Positions 12,644-25,618 of a stretch of 64,000 nt of DNA are shown piece after piece. Numbering within the stretch: the first letter of the stretch is position 1; the number at the start of each line of letters is the position of its first letter. A program made the position numbers and the translations under genes. Below the pieces are notes generated by a model, which did not search any database, had not been told where the DNA came from, and saw only the letters and a program-made list of their open reading frames with translations. Source of the stretch: Trichoplax adhaerens (Eukaryota > Animalia > Placozoa); contig NW_002060949.1 in the NCBI RefSeq assembly GCF_000150275.1, positions 927,836 to 991,835 of the forward strand, given 5' to 3'.

Positions 12644-14116
12644 CACAGTAAAATAATATTGAAAGCTACTTAAATTAACAATCATCAAATCTTTGTGGTA
12701 ATGTAATAACATGATAACAATCATGGTTAATAATAATGCGATGTTTAGTAGTGCTATACAATACAGCAAAACAGTAGTAAGCACAGATTTTGGTAGACTG
12801 CCAGCAAGATATGTTCAAAACACTTATACTTAGTATGTAATTTTATTTCGTTGCATAATAGCAACAGCGATCTTATAAAAATAATAATACATGATCTCCA
12901 TCGTAATTAAATGATATATTTTATCATTTCCAATCTTGATGTTCCTTTTCGCCCGTAGCTACGGTAGAGTTACGAGATATAGCTCTGTTTGTTTTTCTAA
13001 GATAATCATTTCGTTTAACAACACTTTCGGTGTATTAAATTCCTATTATATGATATTTTATCAATTGATTGCATTTCATGCAAGCGTATCACAAACCTCG
13101 ATTAAAAAGTTATTTGATTAAATGTATAACATTTGCAGGATATAACTGATTAATAGATAGATTTTTATGATGTTTTGACGTAAAGGTATGGTCCTACTAA
13201 TATTTTCTTACGACATTGCGATACGAGGCTGCTTACAACTCGCAGGGAGATCATTGTATGATTAGCGTTAGCTTATTCGCAAGCTTTATAAAAGAATTTA
13301 CCATAAGAAAATATCAGCTAATCGGATTAGTTTCAAGATACATTATATTAATGATTTTACGACACAAAAAAATTGTTAAACCAAAGATAAACACTATTTT
13401 GGGGATTTAGGCTTACTTCAAGTTGTAGCAAATAAGGTGCCAGCTAAATTAGTTCCGAGAGCAAGTCAAGAGATATTACGGCTAATAATATAATTATTAT
13501 AATAGCAGCTAATTTTACGCTACAGTACATGCTGTTCAGTGCTTATACAAATCTAAACACAATTTGCAACTTTATGACTCTTTACACGCCCATTAACTGA
13601 CAATTACTGTAGTGAAGAAGGTATAGAATATGGATTAAAAAAGAATTAAAGAAAGCATTATATGAAGTGTACTAAAGTATTCTATATTTTATAGTCTGCC
13701 CTGTATTACAATCTGTGAAATTCGTTATATCATATTAGCATCATAGAGCCAATCATTGAGCACACAATATACAGCAGTGATATCATTTACACCAAAGACA
13801 ATATTTATGAGACAATTATATCAGACCAAGAAAAATAAAATTATGTGTAAACACTAGAATCGCACTTATAATAAGAAAATATTAGAAATAGCAACAGCAA
13901 TGAAAAATTTAAATTTTCTAAAATATATACAGCTCAAGTAAAATCAATTATGAGTAATTATAGTAACAAAGTTGCAATAATGTAACATAGTGAATCGATA
14001 GCTAATAGAGATAATAACATTGTAAATATAAATACATCACAAGAATCTCAATGCGGTCGTCGATGGTTTTCTCTCACGAACTGACAACGGTGACATGCTA
14101 TACTGTAAATGTTAAA

Positions 14117-17100
14117 TCACGTACCGATTTGATCACAATTTTCTATTAAAAAACCTCGATTTATAACTGCTTCTATAATAGCATCGCCATGGTTATAGAT
14201 ATCAATTTCAAACAAAAATCGTTTGCTTTGTAATTGATTTTCGATCTCTTTTACATATTCAGGTGTGATAGAATGCCTAACCGATAGAGTACCGCGCGAT
14301 AGTACTGAACATATATCGAAAGTAGACTGAGTATCGTTAGGTGGATAATTTCCAGCCATGCGATAATCACGATCAGTATTTGTAATCGGAATAAAGAATG
14401 CATCTATTGCTATATTCCTATTTAAACTTAACAAAGTTAAAATCCAATACTCATCAATAGCATCATAACGATCTGAGTTAATGGCGATAGGTATAGCCAT
14501 TTCACCAGGAATCGAAATATCTTTATTAATTTCAAGGCCATAAAGGCGTTCGTGCGCACCTTGCGGACTCTCCTGTTAAATATAAATAGTAATTTTATTA
14601 TAAACAGATTAGTGTACCCGGACATATATAAATACGCCAGCGAAAAAGTACGGTACATTTTTTTGTGCAGTAGTTTTAAAGATTATACCCGTTCATTGGA
14701 GTGGAACGGGCCTTATGAAAATCAATCTTCCAGAACCTTCGCACAGTACGTTACTTCTACAGTAGTTTTAAAATACATTACTGGACCATATTACTGTTAC
14801 TTAAGGAAAAAGACTATAAATGCGGACGGATACAATTACTTCATATAATATAGATAGATGTTTAGTTAACAATTTAATATTATTTATTTGTTTATAGCAC
14901 GATCATTCCTACTGATATACGTAAAACAATTTGTATTACCTCCGAAATACAGTCGCCGACATCGTCTCTTTTTTGGCTATATATTCCACTATCGTGCGAA
15001 TATACTATGCTAGTATTGATCGGCGGATTATGGAGTATCGTCGACGAAGATAACTTCTTTCCGTCATTTAAATTACATACTACAAGGTGAGATACAATAG
15101 CCTGCATTTTAAATCGCTCTGATTGCCGGTAGTGTATCTCTTTCGCTCGCTTAGCAACTACTTTTGCTGTTGTAATCTAAATCAAAAAAACATTGCACTT
15201 AAGGTCATGAATAAAAGCTAGGTATTGCAACAATAAATATATGCTTAACAATGAGACGTACATCTATGTCATTGCCATCAAATGCTGACATGATATTTTG
15301 CAAATCAATTGGACAAGGTGGATAACAGTAATATCCTCCGTAGCAAGCATGAGAAAGGATTTCCTTGGCTTCATCAGACAAACACCATCTAAGCAGTTGT
15401 TGATATACAATACAATCGCCAAACACGGGATCCTTTACACTTGTGGATACTGCACTTCTAACGCATAGCTTTCATATTTCATGATTAATCAATCAATTCC
15501 AATATATATGAATGATCAAAGTTATCAACACTGTATGATAAATAGTACATGTAGATCTTGTTATTGTGATTGTAAGGTATCAATTACCTGCGAATAAATA
15601 GTAGTGGATAAGTGCAAGTAGCGAACACTTGCGGAATTTCTTAAGGTGTGATGCACCATAACACTTGAACATATTAGTATTTTGCCTTAATTAGAATAGT
15701 AAAATATGTCCCTTATTAGTTACTAATCAACATCAATTCGTATTATTTTATTTCGCATCTAGCAGACCTATCTCAATTTCTCTTATCATTTCCGGTTGTG
15801 ACAGAGCGTAAATTCTCACAATAATTGGCCAGTTGCAAGAACCGTCATATAAATGGATCCAAAATGATTCCGACATTTCTACTCATACACAACAATTGAA
15901 GTGCTATTAAAATAGTTAATCATGTAAAACTATATACAGTAACAACATGATTGCCTAAATGGTGATAATATAAATTTCGTAAATTTATTTGATAGAGTAG
16001 TTTTAATACATACAGTATATATAAAATAAAAGAATAAAAGCTTAGCTTGTACTAACAATGAGCCGTGTATACTATCCAACTTACCACCGGATTGATTAGA
16101 TTTTCTACTCCAACGATACGGTCTGCCAACGTATGTAACCAAACCCATCACATCACATATACAATTACTTTTTAAATTTATAAGAGATACGCTGTTATGA
16201 AAATTATGGTACAGAGTCGGTAAATCATTGTACAAGTTAATATCGCTCAATATAACAATTTCTCCTTTAGGATTAGAGGGGTTTACTGCAAATTCGAGTT
16301 GACTGATATCATCCAGTAATTCTAAGAATGAAGAATTAATAGCAAGATGCTCTTAATTCGCACAGTGATTAGTATTTACTCAATCACAGATGTAATAAAT
16401 GTTATGATCATCTACTCCTTATTTCTCATTCGTCAAGCCGATAATCACGTATTAATATATTATTTTGCTCTAAACTGATATAAAATCAATTAGAAATATG
16501 TACAGTATATAGTCGGCACTCATAAATAAATGATATTAAGGAATGAATCTTTCCTAGGCTAATAAAACTGATAATTATTGTATAATCAATAAGTTAAGAA
16601 ACGTTCACTATATTCTTACCATTGTCAGCTCTCGTAATATATTCATGTGCTGGACGAACTTTATAGCCGTTAACCAAAATAACATCGTCAACTTTCAATA
16701 GTTTAAAGTATTTAACGGCTACATTGCTCCATAAGCAAATCGACACGGCAGATGAGGCATCGGCAACAATAATCGTCATAACATACGGTAATTTATTTTT
16801 ATCGCTAATTTTCCCGTAATGGCTGAGTCTTGATTTCTTGACAATTCTGCCAATAATTGGTGGATAAGACTTGTGTTTATCTCCTTTGGTTTCAAATAGT
16901 CTGGTGACATCTTCAATGTTAGCAACTTTTTTGTAAGTTTGAATTGCAGATGCTTCCGTCATTCTAACTGCAGAATTACCGACATATTCATCCCAGATGC
17001 TTCCATAATAGTCTACGTCATTCCACATTGGCAAATAGTATCTAAATGGATTGGAATAGTTACTTTGCAAAATATATTACGTTGAATAGCAGATTATACA

Positions 17101-18601
17101 CATTCTACAGTTCCATACACTTAAACAAGCTAGGAATAACAATTTATAGTATAGGTATACTATCATATACAAAAATTGTACAGTTATAATTTTCGAGTAA
17201 GAAAGGAATTCTAACTTACGGCATATATCTTACGGCAAAAAGTACACTTGCACCCTATCACATGCTATTAAAGACAATCTATAGCTATCATTGCTCGAAC
17301 AAGTTATCTTGACCTCACCTACGTCTAGAAGCAAGTGGCAAAGAGTCAATCTCACGTTCTGAAGCTTCTGGGCCAAATCGCAATTCGTGTTCGAGATCAA
17401 GCGCAAAATCATTGGCAACAATCTGCAAATCTTCAATATATATATAAGGCTTGCCTCGAACATCAGCTTCATTGTATTTAATAGTCGTGCGTTGTATATC
17501 GACAACAGAGTGAGTTTGAAGTAATCCTTTGTGAATCATGGAGTTATACTTGTGTGAAAGAACAAATTTGGCCTTAAGTCTACCATCGCTTATAGTTAAA
17601 TCGAATGTATCCAGTGGTAATTCATCGTCATCGGTATAGTTTTCATGATATGCAATATCTGTGAGGTATCTAAAATATATCGATAAATTGTATTATCACT
17701 ACAAGCCGTACTAATTACTGTAGTTGAACATAGATTTAGTATAATTGATTGAAAGAGCTGTAAGTATGAACCTGTAGACAGCAGTGGCTACGGTCTTGTA
17801 TATATGTGGTCTACTGACTACGGGTAAAAGTGCAAACTACTACTATTTTTCATCAATACATGCGATATACAGAACTGTCCCCTAGGTACAGTACACATCA
17901 ACTGGTATCATAGCTGCAGCAATTGTACAGTGTACTATACACTCTCGTATAGTCCGTGAAATATGCTATCGATGGATAGAGCTTAAAGCAGCTACATTTC
18001 GCTAATACATCATTTAAGAAGTAAGACGCATCATTCCATTTAAGTTCTCTCTATCAAGGATCAACACTTGTCGGTTGTCCAGGATGGATTATATTATAGT
18101 TATTCGTGCATATGGAAGCGTGTGTGTTATTGTCCACTATCTTATTCAAATAGTCCAATTTATAATGTAATGGTTATTATGGAGTATGAAATTAGTCTGC
18201 CTCTTTGTTACCTTTCGATTTCCGTGACCACCGATACAAACTTTGAGTTTGTATCTTGATTGGATGCATTGACCAAAATATTACGTAGCGGAGTTAATCG
18301 CAATTGCTCGTCTTGCATAGGTCGCAACGTCGTATTCTCTTTAGCACCTGCTTCAATTTTAAAATTACACTGCACAAAATTGAGCAGATATTAACGGCAA
18401 TGAAGATGGATGTCACCTACTGTAGGATTTGTTGTTCAACTAGTTTCTCTTGGCGATTTTAATCTTTCAACTGTAAATATTACTTCGTCTTGAAGATGGT
18501 GCAATCTAACTGTGGCAATCAATACGACAACACTAAATTGAAGTTGATGAATTCCTTACTCGTCCTTGCGTCCTAACGTCTGTATGATTCCTGTATACCA
18601 T
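14117..18601 (-). CDS. RADX: RADX (RPA-related RAD51 antagonist, CXorf57-like), multi-OB-fold ssDNA-binding protein (multi-exon)
   Basis: Spliced translation gives IER|YL..FDLTISDGRLKAKFVL, YYLPMWNDVDYYGSIW, YPPIIGRIVKKSRLSHYGK, VADASSAVSICLWSN, CDVMGLVTYVGR and C-terminal FEIDIYNHG..EAVINRGF, matching RADX motifs as I recall them. Start uncertain: ATG 18601 via a short exon 18560-18601, or ATG 18318. Confidence 0.8.
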
Positions 18602-18870
18602 AAATGCATCCTTTGCCCGGTTATGAATTTCTGTCCGAAGAGTCGACCGACTACAACTACTGAACTCAAATTTTAGCGATTCTATTAGAACGGGCTCCTT
18701 ATTCTTTTCAATCGATTGGAGTGTTTGCAGTTTCAATCTTGGCGTTTTTCTGACCCGTTTGTGTCGTTTTCAATAAGATTTCCTCCAATGTATTGACTTT
18801 GAGATATGTTGCAATTACTGATTTTCGCAGGTTGTTGAGCAGCATTATCTCGAGACGAAGGCGGGCACTT

Positions 18871-19107
18871 CAGTACTGTACTGTACAGTACAGTACAAGT
18901 ACAGTATGTCGTGAGTTGAATGTCATTACACGTACAGTACAGTACAGTACTGTACCGTACAGTGTACAGTATTACAGTCGTAACAGTCTACAGTCTGTTG
19001 TACTGTAAAGTTCAGTACTGTAGCCTAAAAGGTACAGTACTGTACAGTACAGTATTGAGATGTCGTTCTACAGTACTGTACTGTACTGTACTGTACGGTA
19101 CAGTACA
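18871..19107. promoter_or_regulatory. TACAG/CTGTA motif cluster upstream of RADX
   Basis: Third cluster of tactg/cagta/gtac words, located at the 5' end of RADX. Confidence 0.6.
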
Positions 19108-20935
19108 AGATTTCGACTACAGGTAACGAGAACGAGAAGTTAGTTATTAAAGTGAATTAAGATTAAATCTTTCAGTAACTGCTGGAACCAAAGTAGTCGA
19201 ACATTCAAGAAAAAGAAAGCAAACAACCAAGTTGAACAGAGTATTTCCTGTACGTACATCAACTAGATTAGTAAAGCACTGTGCTGTACTACATAGGGAC
19301 TACCATACTAGAAATATTCCACTCGTCTGTAAAATCTTTTGCGTGTCCTTACTATAAATTACAGGTTGATACAATAGTAGTTTACGATTCTTCTGTCGAA
19401 AATTGTAGATTAATTGGTTTTTTGACGTCAATTGCAGCTTGCACACCAAACTACTGTACCACTTATTTCCTTGTCAAAACTCTACCTCCCAGGGTCTACA
19501 CTAATCACTTTGTATCAAACTACTTGTATCTTGCTTATGTCAACAAAGAATCCGGTCAATCAACCGGCAGTTAATGGACAGTAACTGCGCAAAATGAATT
19601 GTCGCCCCTTCTGGACTGTGCATGACACTGCTAACACTACCGTCGATGTCAAAGGCTGAGTCAGTTCATTTGCTCAATATTTGGTCCAATGCTGATGATC
19701 ATCAGTACTACAGTATCTAATTTAATAAAACTCTGAGAAATGAGCGGACAGCCAAGTAGCGTCAGTACAATGCTTTCTTGTAAGATAGTACCTACTTCTA
19801 AATTGACAACCACAGTACGATCAGCGGGGCTGGAAAGATTACTAAGTTGCTAAGGATAAGATAAGTATGTGTAATTTACTGTAGTGTTTGCTTGTCAGAC
19901 AGTGAGCTAATACAAATTGGTTGATAGTGCTACACTTCTGTTTTTGCCATTGCAGTCTGGCAGTTTTCCAGTTTAAATGGTAATTCATGTTGAGCACTTG
20001 CACAATGTTAATGAAGGGAGTATGCAGTAGAGTCTTCAGAAATTCGACCGTCCATTAATTAATTATAAGTCTATTGTACCGTATAAAGTCACGGCCCAAT
20101 TACGTTAGCTTAGTATATTCGTAACTATAGATCTGGTAGCTCGATTTACGGACTGTTACATCATGGACTGTTATCAAAGGTACAGCCATGTCAAGTATTA
20201 GTTTAGTACCATTCTAGAATTACTGTATTTGCTCGGTCTAACCGTATTCAATGAAAGAACTACCAAGGCCCTTCGGATACCATTGGTATAACGAGTCTAC
20301 AAAATTCAATGCTGACTTGTTTACAAGCGAATTCCACTTTACTATAAACATTTATCGATAGTTTTATATCTTTAACTGTCGCTATTACTATATATCGAGG
20401 TGAGAGACTTGAACATTACTCATGTAACTCATTTTCTATTCCAGGCTAGGCATTAATCGACCTGGACGGCCAGAAATTATGATTGCAATCTAGGCATGAT
20501 TAAAAGATAGCTATCGAATTGATTCCAATGCCGGCAAAGCGAAAGCGAAGAAATAACTACAGTAGTTAGGCTGATTTGCTCATTGATATACCTATAGTAA
20601 AAGCGAAAACAAACCTGTAAAACATTGATTGAAGCAAAGATACTGTAGCACCGTATACAGCACGAAATATTGAAATTGGACAATTCAACTATACTTTAAC
20701 GTACGTGTACAATAATCAAAGGTAATCTGTTCCATCAGGATATTTAAGTGTAACTATGATTACATATATATATATATATACGAGTATATATGATTAATGG
20801 TCTACTCGTAACGCATAAGTAATCGTAATGTAGCCATTACTAACATAATTAATTAACATATTTTTGTGAATTTAAATAACTAAATTAGCTAATGTACTCG
20901 AATATGCCATACAGGTTGTTGCACTAAAGCCAATA

Positions 20936-23647
20936 ATGATGGATAATAAAATTGCAACTCAATATTCCTCTAAGATAATGATAGCTAGTGTTGTTATTTT
21001 AGCCATAATTCAAGCATGTGCTGGAATTCATCCACTTCCAGGTAACTTTTCTTCGTAATTTAAATATTTTTTAAAAGGATTGTATTATTCAACTCATAGC
21101 CTGACGTATGTGAACTGTACGATTTATGATTGCAAGTAATTCTCTGTATCAAGAAAGCGTAGAATGATTACATGAAATTGATAGAGTTTTATACATTGTG
21201 CTAATGTAGGCTTAATTAATGACGATTTCAGCAATATTTGTTGCGCAAATTCATTATAATTATGCTAGATAATACTCATGGTATGTTGATCTTAAATTTC
21301 TTCTTTTGTCCTTTCCATTTCAGGCACATTCACATCAACAGATAAGGTTTGCGATCCAGACCCTCGTCTAGGCTGTTTCTCTCATCAATCTCCTTTTGAC
21401 CGTATTCTGGTTCCTCTGCCACAATCTTCCAGGAAAATCGGTGTATTATTTTGGCTGTACACAAGATTTTGCAGTTATCAATCTATTCACTACAGTAATC
21501 CCTATTCAATCAGTCCATCCAATTTCAAGGGCAATAAGGATACGAAGATAATTGTCCACGGTTATTTGGACGACAGTTCAACATACTGGATGAACGATAT
21601 GAAAGACAAGCTGCTGCAATTGGATGATTTTAACGTTATCCTCGTTGACTGGAGTGGATCGCAGCTGCTGTTAGCTGGTTCTCGTGCTGATTATCTACTT
21701 TCAGTAGCTAATACGCGAATTGTAGGGGCTCAAATTGGGGAATTAATTAAAGCCTTACCTGTTTCCAGAGAAAGAATACATATCATCGGTCACAGCTTGG
21801 GTGCTCATATTGCCAGCTATGCAGGTAAGATAAACGGTAAAGTTGACTTGCAAGGATATATTACGAAAAGTCTCATCGATAGCTACACGTGGTGAAAGTG
21901 TTAATATACAGGACTGTAGAATGTAGAATCTAACCAACTTTAAATTGTGGAACTTATTCATAAAATTGATTACACATTTAATGAATATACTACTGCCTGT
22001 TCAAGCTGTTCAAGCCAACTCATAAAAACATTTACTTAGTTTAAATTGAGATTGAAATAACATAAAACATTGAAGTACGATTATGCATACCGTACTGCAA
22101 TCGTGGTATATGATTGGCTATTATAATTTAAAATTAATTGGATACCCGTGCCGCTATTTTATTCCTGAATATAAATTTTTCATCGTTTATCTGCTTTAGC
22201 AAATCGAGCAGATTTAGTTGGTCGCATAACTGGACTTGACCCAGCTGCCCCGCTATTCCAGGATATGGTCACAGATATTCGATTGGATAAAACAGATGCT
22301 CTATTTGTTGACGTTATTCATACCGATACCAACCCATTTATTGGAATTGATGGATTTGGAACTAAAAATCCATCCGGCCATGTAGATTTTTGGCCAAACG
22401 GTGGAGAAAGCCAGCCTGGCTGCCTTAAGCCTTTACAAAAACAGCTAGAAACCAAGAAGATTCCGACGAAATTAGAGAAGAGAGATTTAGAAGAGACCCT
22501 AGAACTTACGCGCAATGTTGTATGCTGTGATCATAACCGAGCTCAGCAGTTATTTACTGAATCAATTGATAAGTCATGCTCGTTAATTGCCTACCCATGT
22601 AATAATTATCAAGACTTTCTTCACGGTAAATGTATGAAATGCAATGGAAAATGCGCCTCTATGGGATATCATGCAATCGATTATAGCCATATTCATTTCA
22701 AACAAAGACTATTTATTCTAACAGATCCTGAAAAGCCTTACTGCGGTAAATAGAAGCTGAGTGTAAATCATTAACATGTAATTCTGTAAAAACAAGATAC
22801 AGCATGGCTTTATTGCATCCATTGTCATCCAAAGTAATATCGTGTTATTTCTAATCTTGTAGCTTATAATTATGCAATAAATATCGCTGAAAGTGTCGGT
22901 GAAAGTGAAGACGACTGGTTTCCAATGGCTCCGAAGATAATATTTTTAAAGATCTACGGTAATCTAGCTATTTCTGCAGATATCAAACTGGAAAGGTAAT
23001 AGAGTTATTGCGATGTTCAACAATTAATAATATCCGAATGAATTCAATGATAACGTTCAAACACTATAGGAATATCCAAACTCTTACAATTTTTCCATTA
23101 AATGCGCATTCTTTTGATAGATCAGTGCAAATAAAATCTAGCGACAAGCAATTTATTATTACTAGTAAAGAAAATCTTGGAGAAATCAAACGTATTGACG
23201 TTTGGCAAGATAATAATCCGTTAGGAATAAAGTGGTTTATTCATACGATTAATATAGTAGGGAATCAAGGGACAAAAACGTAAGATCATTTATCAACCTT
23301 TCATTTCTCTGTGCCCGCTAGCATGCTAAGCTATGTTTATGTGTTATTTATCATAAAAATGATATTAGTGTTATTTGAGATTCACTTCTTTTAGTATAGA
23401 AATGATAATGAAGTTTCTAGTAAAAACCTGTATCATGTAGACATATAGGAATTACTATTTCTCCTTTATCCGTTGTTTATAACCCGTATAGTAAAGTTGA
23501 ACGATTTTGACCTAAGTTGTCATTAACGATAGCGTTACTAATTAATTGATTATCGTTCTTTTCGATAGGTATAAATTTTGCTTCAAAAATTGGAACAAAA
23601 CCGATAAAGCAACCGCAGATGCTTTAGACAAAACGGTGAAATGCTAG
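20936..23647 (+). CDS. Pancreatic lipase-related protein, copy 1 (signal peptide, lipase domain with 34-aa lid, divergent PLAT domain; 6 coding exons)
   Basis: Exons 20936-21041, 21324-21824, 22200-22745, 22863-22995, 23121-23279, 23569-23647. Motifs CDPDPRLGCF, IVHGY, VILVDW, GHSLG, RITGLDPA, VDVIHTD, GHVDFWPNGG..QPGC, CDH. Confidence 0.9.
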
Positions 23648-25618
23648 ATATAAGTTATGATTGTAAATAGATGGACAAATATTTATACCATGAAGTCTTA
23701 GTTAATATGACCAAGCAAAGTTTAAAGAACACGTTATTGATAACGTGGTAACATATTGGCCACTTCGACTAGATGATTAGTTAATAAATGAAACGCTACT
23801 TGAAAGTACGTGGACTCTTTGTAATAACATACTGCATGATGTTTACCGGTCTATTTATTATGTGTGGTAAGATTGTAATATTACATTTATTTATTTGAAC
23901 TTAATCGGTTAGTCTGAGTCAAAATTATTCTTGGTAGGAAATACTGGCGGTAATAAAAGTTTTTTAATGGTTTATTTCAAATTACTTCTATGTACAGCAT
24001 CACTCCACTACTCTTGAATATTCCGTAATCGTACAATATAAATTCCATTAATGTCGATGCATAAATATACGACGCAACTTTTCTGAACATTGTAAGTAAC
24101 CCCACCGGCAAGTAGTAATAAGCTCAATGGAACATCTTCCGATATTCCATTTTTAATACAGCTCCACAGTCTATATAGTGAATACGAATTCTATTCTGTA
24201 TATGAGGTACTTGATAGAAACATGTTTTCACGAAGTTATAAATGCTTATAAAGCGACTTAAATATCTAATATTGCTCTTCGAACTTAGCGTTCGGGGTTA
24301 ATAAAGAATGAGAGCACAATAATGTTATCAATAACAGTAATATGTAAATGAAGACTCAGAAAGAGCCAAATATAGCAGTAGCTGCAATACTAATTTATAA
24401 TTACCAAAAAAAAACTTTAGACATAATATAACTTCATCTAAGTATTTTAAGCAGTATCGCTGCCTATGAGTAGCATTGCTCAATGAAATATAGTAACTAT
24501 TGTAAGGTATTCCATATGTAGCGTAGTTTTATACAAAAAAATCCGTAATTACTTCCATTGATCAACTTCATAATAAGAATATATTTTTGTAATTTTGGAA
24601 AGGCTCATGAAATGTTAGATTCTATTCTTGCTCCACAATTGCATAGTAGTGTACGTATATAATGCTTGGATCTGACAATGAACCCCGTACTTTAATAAAA
24701 GCGTGATGTGAGTCATGTTATTCATAAAGAGGATTTCAATACGTATTTCCACGATTCAAACTATACATTGTGACCCGCAATAAATAAAAAGAATCTTATT
24801 CTTCCGTGTACACCTTTTCAATCGCACACTGAACAACTTTTACTAGGCTATACAAACATAAGTTTCGATTGCATACCTCCTAACCCAATCTCTATTACAT
24901 CCATTAATCAACCTTTTCTACTATCCCTATAAAACGTTGCTTAATTTATTATTGCGATCAGTACATTTTCCATGAATTATTTATGATAACTATTGTTTAC
25001 CCGCTCACCTAAGTCTACAAAAGTGTAAACAAAATAGCCACTAATTAGGTAATCGTCTTAATCTCTCAGATGAAAAGATAAGATTCTTATTAAGGAATAA
25101 CACCTGTTAATATCATGAGTAACGCTAAAAAAACGTAATCCAATCATCGTTATATTTAACCTTGCAAATCGAATGGCTAGTTCGAGAGAATCATAGCAGG
25201 TAGAACTGATTTTAAATCTAGATTAAAAAAATTTTATAAGTTGAAACTGCTGTAATGAAATTCCTTTAAAATTTCCCTGTGCATTTATCAAGTGTTACGC
25301 ATCAGAAATTCCATTAACACCAAGGACGACGAGTTCATGAACATTTAACTTAAGAGTGTATAAATTATGCGTAATAGCATAATAACTGCAATGTTAATAA
25401 GATTATCCAACTGTATGCAAATATTTAATATTAAGCCTCTAATTATCAAACATCGGTTGCTATTGTATTACGAGATCAATTCAGTTTATCTAGATAATGT
25501 AAATAACTAATGGGAAATCTCTAATAACCATAAACAGATCGCCTCTGTAACGTATAATAAGTGGCTACGGTACTTATTGAAGATCATTTATAGTTGTTAG
25601 TGCAAATCAGGGCACAAA

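Noticed and set aside
18871-19107. Motif islands as a CRISPR array or satellite
   Set aside because: No fixed repeat-spacer period, and the context is eukaryotic.
19694-19737. TGATGA...CTGA pair suggesting a C/D box snoRNA
   Set aside because: Only about 44 nt across, with no terminal stem or recognisable guide.
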